From an uncultured Planctomycetota bacterium (GTDB taxonomy: Bacteria > Planctomycetota > Planctomycetia > Isosphaerales > Isosphaeraceae), in the NCBI GenBank assembly GCA_963737655.1, contig CAVTTN010000002.1, forward strand, positions 608,001-672,000: 64,000 nt of DNA, given 5' to 3'. The notes beneath the pieces were generated by a model. That model was not told the DNA's origin. It worked only from the letters and a program-made list of their open reading frames with translations, and ran no database searches. Positions 61,501 through 64,000 of this stretch are shown here, one piece after another. Positions within the stretch are counted from its first letter, which is position 1, and each line of letters begins with the position of its first letter. A program made the position numbers and the translations under genes.

Positions 61501-64000
61501 TCAGACGGGGCGGTTCCCGGCGATCTGGTGCAAGGCCAGGTCGTGGGCGTGGTGCCCCTTCTTGCGGTGAAGCGGGGTCGTCGGCGAAAGCGTCGAGTCC
61601 GCGGAGGTCGGCGGGGTCAGCGTCGCGGCCTTCACGGTCGGCGAGGAGTCCGGGGCTTCGACCAGGCTCGGAGATGCGCCCGAGACCTGGCCACGCCCAC
61701 GGACCACCGCCGGCACCGGGATGCCCAGCCCGTTGGGCACGCCGAAGGGATAGACCTTCGCGCCCCCTCCACTATAGGAGATGTAGAAGGTCGAGCTCGG
61801 CGGGTCGTACACGGCGATCTCGCTCTTGCCGTCGCCGTCGTAATCGGCCGGGATCGGCAGGTCCTTGCCGTTGGGCACGCCGAACTGGAAGACCTTCGCG
61901 CCCCCGCTGCTATAAGAGATGTAGTAGGTGACGCTGGGCGGGTCGAAGACGGCGATGTCGGTCTTGCCGTCGCCGTCGTAGTCCCCGGCGATCGGCAGGT
62001 CGTTGCCGGCCGGGTTGCCGAACTGGAAGACCTTGGCCCCGCCTCCGGAATAGGAGATGTAGAAGGTGGCGCTGGGCGGGTCGTACACCGCAATGTCGGT
62101 CTTACCGTCGCCGTCGTAGTCGCCGGGGATCGGGATGTCGTGGCCGTTGGGGTTGCCGAACTGGAAGACCTTGGCGCCTCCGCTGCTGTAGCTGATGTAG
62201 AATGTCACCGTCGTGGGGTCGAAGACGGCGAAATCCGTCTTGCCGTCGCCGTCGTAGTCGCCGATCACCGGGATGCATTTGCCGTTGGGGATGCCGAACG
62301 GATAGACCTTGGCCCCCCCGCCGGAGTAGCCGACGTAGAACGTGGAGCTCGGCGGGTCGTACACGGCGGTGTCGGTCTTGCCGTCGCCGTCGTAGTCGCC
62401 GTAGAGCGGGATGTCCTGGCCGTTGGGCACGCCGAACTGGAAGACCTTCGCCCCGCCTCCACTATAAGAGATGTAGTACGTGACGGTCGCGGGGTCGAAG
62501 ACGGCGATGTCGCTCCGGCCGTCGCCGTCGAAGTCGCCCGGGACGGTCTTCTTCTGGACGGTCCCCCCGCCGCCGCCACCACCTCCGCCGCCGCCACCAC
62601 CCCCGCCACCGCCGCCGCCGCCACCACCGCCGCCGGTGGAGGGAGGCGTGTAGCTCGCCAGGGCGACGAAGTTATTGGAGGCCTGGGACGAGGTCAACGT
62701 GGTGGTGCCGAACGTGGCGGGCGAAGCGTAGCCACCGTAGACGGCGAGCGTCCCGGACGAGTTGATGGCCAGGCCGGTCGGCCCGTCCAGGCCGGTCCCT
62801 CCGGCGGTGACCGGGGAGTCGATCGTGCCGTCGCTCTCGACCCGAGCCAGGAGCAGGTCGCTATCGCCGGCGCTGGTCAGGGAGACGCCGCCGACCCGGG
62901 CCGACCCGAGGAACCCCGTGGCGACGAACGCCGCCCCCGAGGGGGTCAGCACCACGCTGGGGATGTCGGCCGAGGTCCCCGGGTCGTTCACGCCGAGGTC
63001 TCTCGCGAAGAGCAGTCCGCCGGCGGAGTTCAGCTCGGCGACGAAGATCCCGGCGGTGTTGAGCGTCGAGAGGACTTGCGAGCCGATCGTGGCCGTCCCC
63101 TGGAACCGTCCGGCGATCGCGGCCAGGCCGTCGGGGTTGACCGAGACCGAATACACCACGTCGTTGTCGCTCCCCCCGTAACTCTGGGCGAACAGGGGGG
63201 TCCCCGAGGGGGAGAACTTGGCCAGGAAGCCGTCGGTCCCGCCGGCGCTGGTCAGGGTGATCGCCGAGGCCCCGGAGCCAACGGTCAGCTTCCCGAGATA
63301 GAAGCCCGCGGCATAGATGTCGCCGGCGCTATCCATGGCCACGGAATTGACCTGCGAGGATTGGCCGGCCGCCGGCAGGGGCTGGGCAAGCACGAACGAC
63401 CCGGAGGGGTTGAGCTTGGCGATGAAGCCCTCGACATCCGAGGTGCTGGTGATCGACGTCGAACCGAAGGCGACGGTCCCCGAGATCAACCCGCCGATGA
63501 CCGCGTCCCCCGCGCTATCCACGGCGATCGACAGCCCGCGATTGATCGTCAGGACCGACGGATCGCTCGGTCCGGTCGAACTGGAGACGTAGCTGCCCGA
63601 GCCGAAGTTGCCGGAGGCGTCCAGCTTCAAGACGAAGACGTCCAGATGGCCGTAGGCCTGGAGGACATGGGTCCCCGGGGCGGACGGATCGAAGTCGAGC
63701 TTCCCGGAGTAGATGCCCGTCACATACACGTTGCCCGCGCCGTCCACGGCGACGTCTTCCCCCTCGGATTGCCCACTCCCCCCAGACTCGTCGCCATAGG
63801 TGCGGGACCAGATCAGGTTGCCCGTGGGGCCGAACTTCGCGACGAAGATATCGGTCTTGCCCTGGCTGGCCGGCCCGAGCGTCGAGGTTCCGGTGTAGGC
63901 GCCGGTGACGTAGGTGTCGCCCGCGGAGTCCACGGTCACCCCGGTCGGATAGGACGCGACGCTCGCCCCGAGACTGAAGCTCGTCGTGAAGTCGATGGCC
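61501..64000 (-). CDS. Large secreted/surface protein: SBBP-like beta-propeller repeats, poly-Gly linker and FG-GAP/VCBS repeats; 5' end outside the window
   Basis: VAVDGAGNVYVTG and DIFVAKF repeats, 24 consecutive Gly, six GDYDGDGKTD repeats. Confidence 0.88.
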   Translation of the reverse strand, partial: AIDFTTSFSLGASVASYPTGVTVDSAGDTYVTGAYTGTSTLGPASQGKTDIFVAKFGPTGNLIWSRTYGDESGGSGQSEGEDVAVDGAGNVYVTGIYSGKLDFDPSAPGTHVLQAYGHLDVFVLKLDASGNFGSGSYVSSSTGPSDPSVLTINRGLSIAVDSAGDAVIGGLISGTVAFGSTSITSTSDVEGFIAKLNPSGSFVLAQPLPAAGQSSQVNSVAMDSAGDIYAAGFYLGKLTVGSGASAITLTSAGGTDGFLAKFSPSGTPLFAQSYGGSDNDVVYSVSVNPDGLAAIAGRFQGTATIGSQVLSTLNTAGIFVAELNSAGGLLFARDLGVNDPGTSADIPSVVLTPSGAAFVATGFLGSARVGGVSLTSAGDSDLLLARVESDGTIDSPVTAGGTGLDGPTGLAINSSGTLAVYGGYASPATFGTTTLTSSQASNNFVALASYTPPSTGGGGGGGGGGGGGGGGGGGGGGGGTVQKKTVPGDFDGDGRSDIAVFDPATVTYYISYSGGGAKVFQFGVPNGQDIPLYGDYDGDGKTDTAVYDPPSSTFYVGYSGGGAKVYPFGIPNGKCIPVIGDYDGDGKTDFAVFDPTTVTFYISYSSGGAKVFQFGNPNGHDIPIPGDYDGDGKTDIAVYDPPSATFYISYSGGGAKVFQFGNPAGNDLPIAGDYDGDGKTDIAVFDPPSVTYYISYSSGGAKVFQFGVPNGKDLPIPADYDGDGKSEIAVYDPPSSTFYISYSGGGAKVYPFGVPNGLGIPVPAVVRGRGQVSGASPSLVEAPDSSPTVKAATLTPPTSADSTLSPTTPLHRKKGHHAHDLALHQIAGNRPV
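61715..62545 (-). repeat. Six intragenic 138-bp (46-aa) FG-GAP-like tandem repeats
   Basis: GTCGCCGTCG recurs at about 61831, 61969, 62107, 62245, 62383 and 62521. Confidence 0.9.

Noticed and set aside
61715..62545. Regularly spaced repeats resembling a CRISPR array or DGR template/variable pair
   Set aside because: The period is 138 bp, in frame, with no unique spacers; no cas or reverse transcriptase gene in the window.

Overview
Very GC-rich bacterial DNA. Gene content (planctomycete-type cytochrome c domains, DUF1080, tandem clpP next to tig, prenyltransferase-repeat protein, thyX) points to Planctomycetota, probably Isosphaeraceae-like; this is inference. Positions 1-8973 look like the right end of a genomic island integrated at tRNA-Arg(ACG). 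This end carries the 5' part of a BREX type 2 (Pgl) pglW gene that the ORF track missed, a MerR/Xis-like HTH gene with direct repeats over its promoter, a cargo region in which the 3' end of a small alpha/beta hydrolase recurs in front of different genes, and a duplicated tRNA 3' half (att site). The remainder is mostly core chromosome: pxpBAC, fabI, clpP-clpP-tig, tRNA-Gly, apt, bamA, tRNA-Phe, ppiA, a UvrD-like helicase, thyX and many secreted or unknown proteins. The best hidden signal is an AhpD/CMD-family gene split by an in-frame TGA at the second Cys of its CxxC motif (CPY-U). A SECIS-like hairpin follows the TGA and the gene is translationally coupled to pxpB, so it is a candidate selenoprotein heading a 5-oxoprolinase cluster. 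Other points: GTAG-type REP palindromes, an orphan T4-lysozyme-like gene, a LexA-like regulator lacking its catalytic residues, and an atypical PII. At least 9 single-base frameshifts in 8 genes suggest assembly indel errors. All family assignments come from motif recognition by eye, not database searches.
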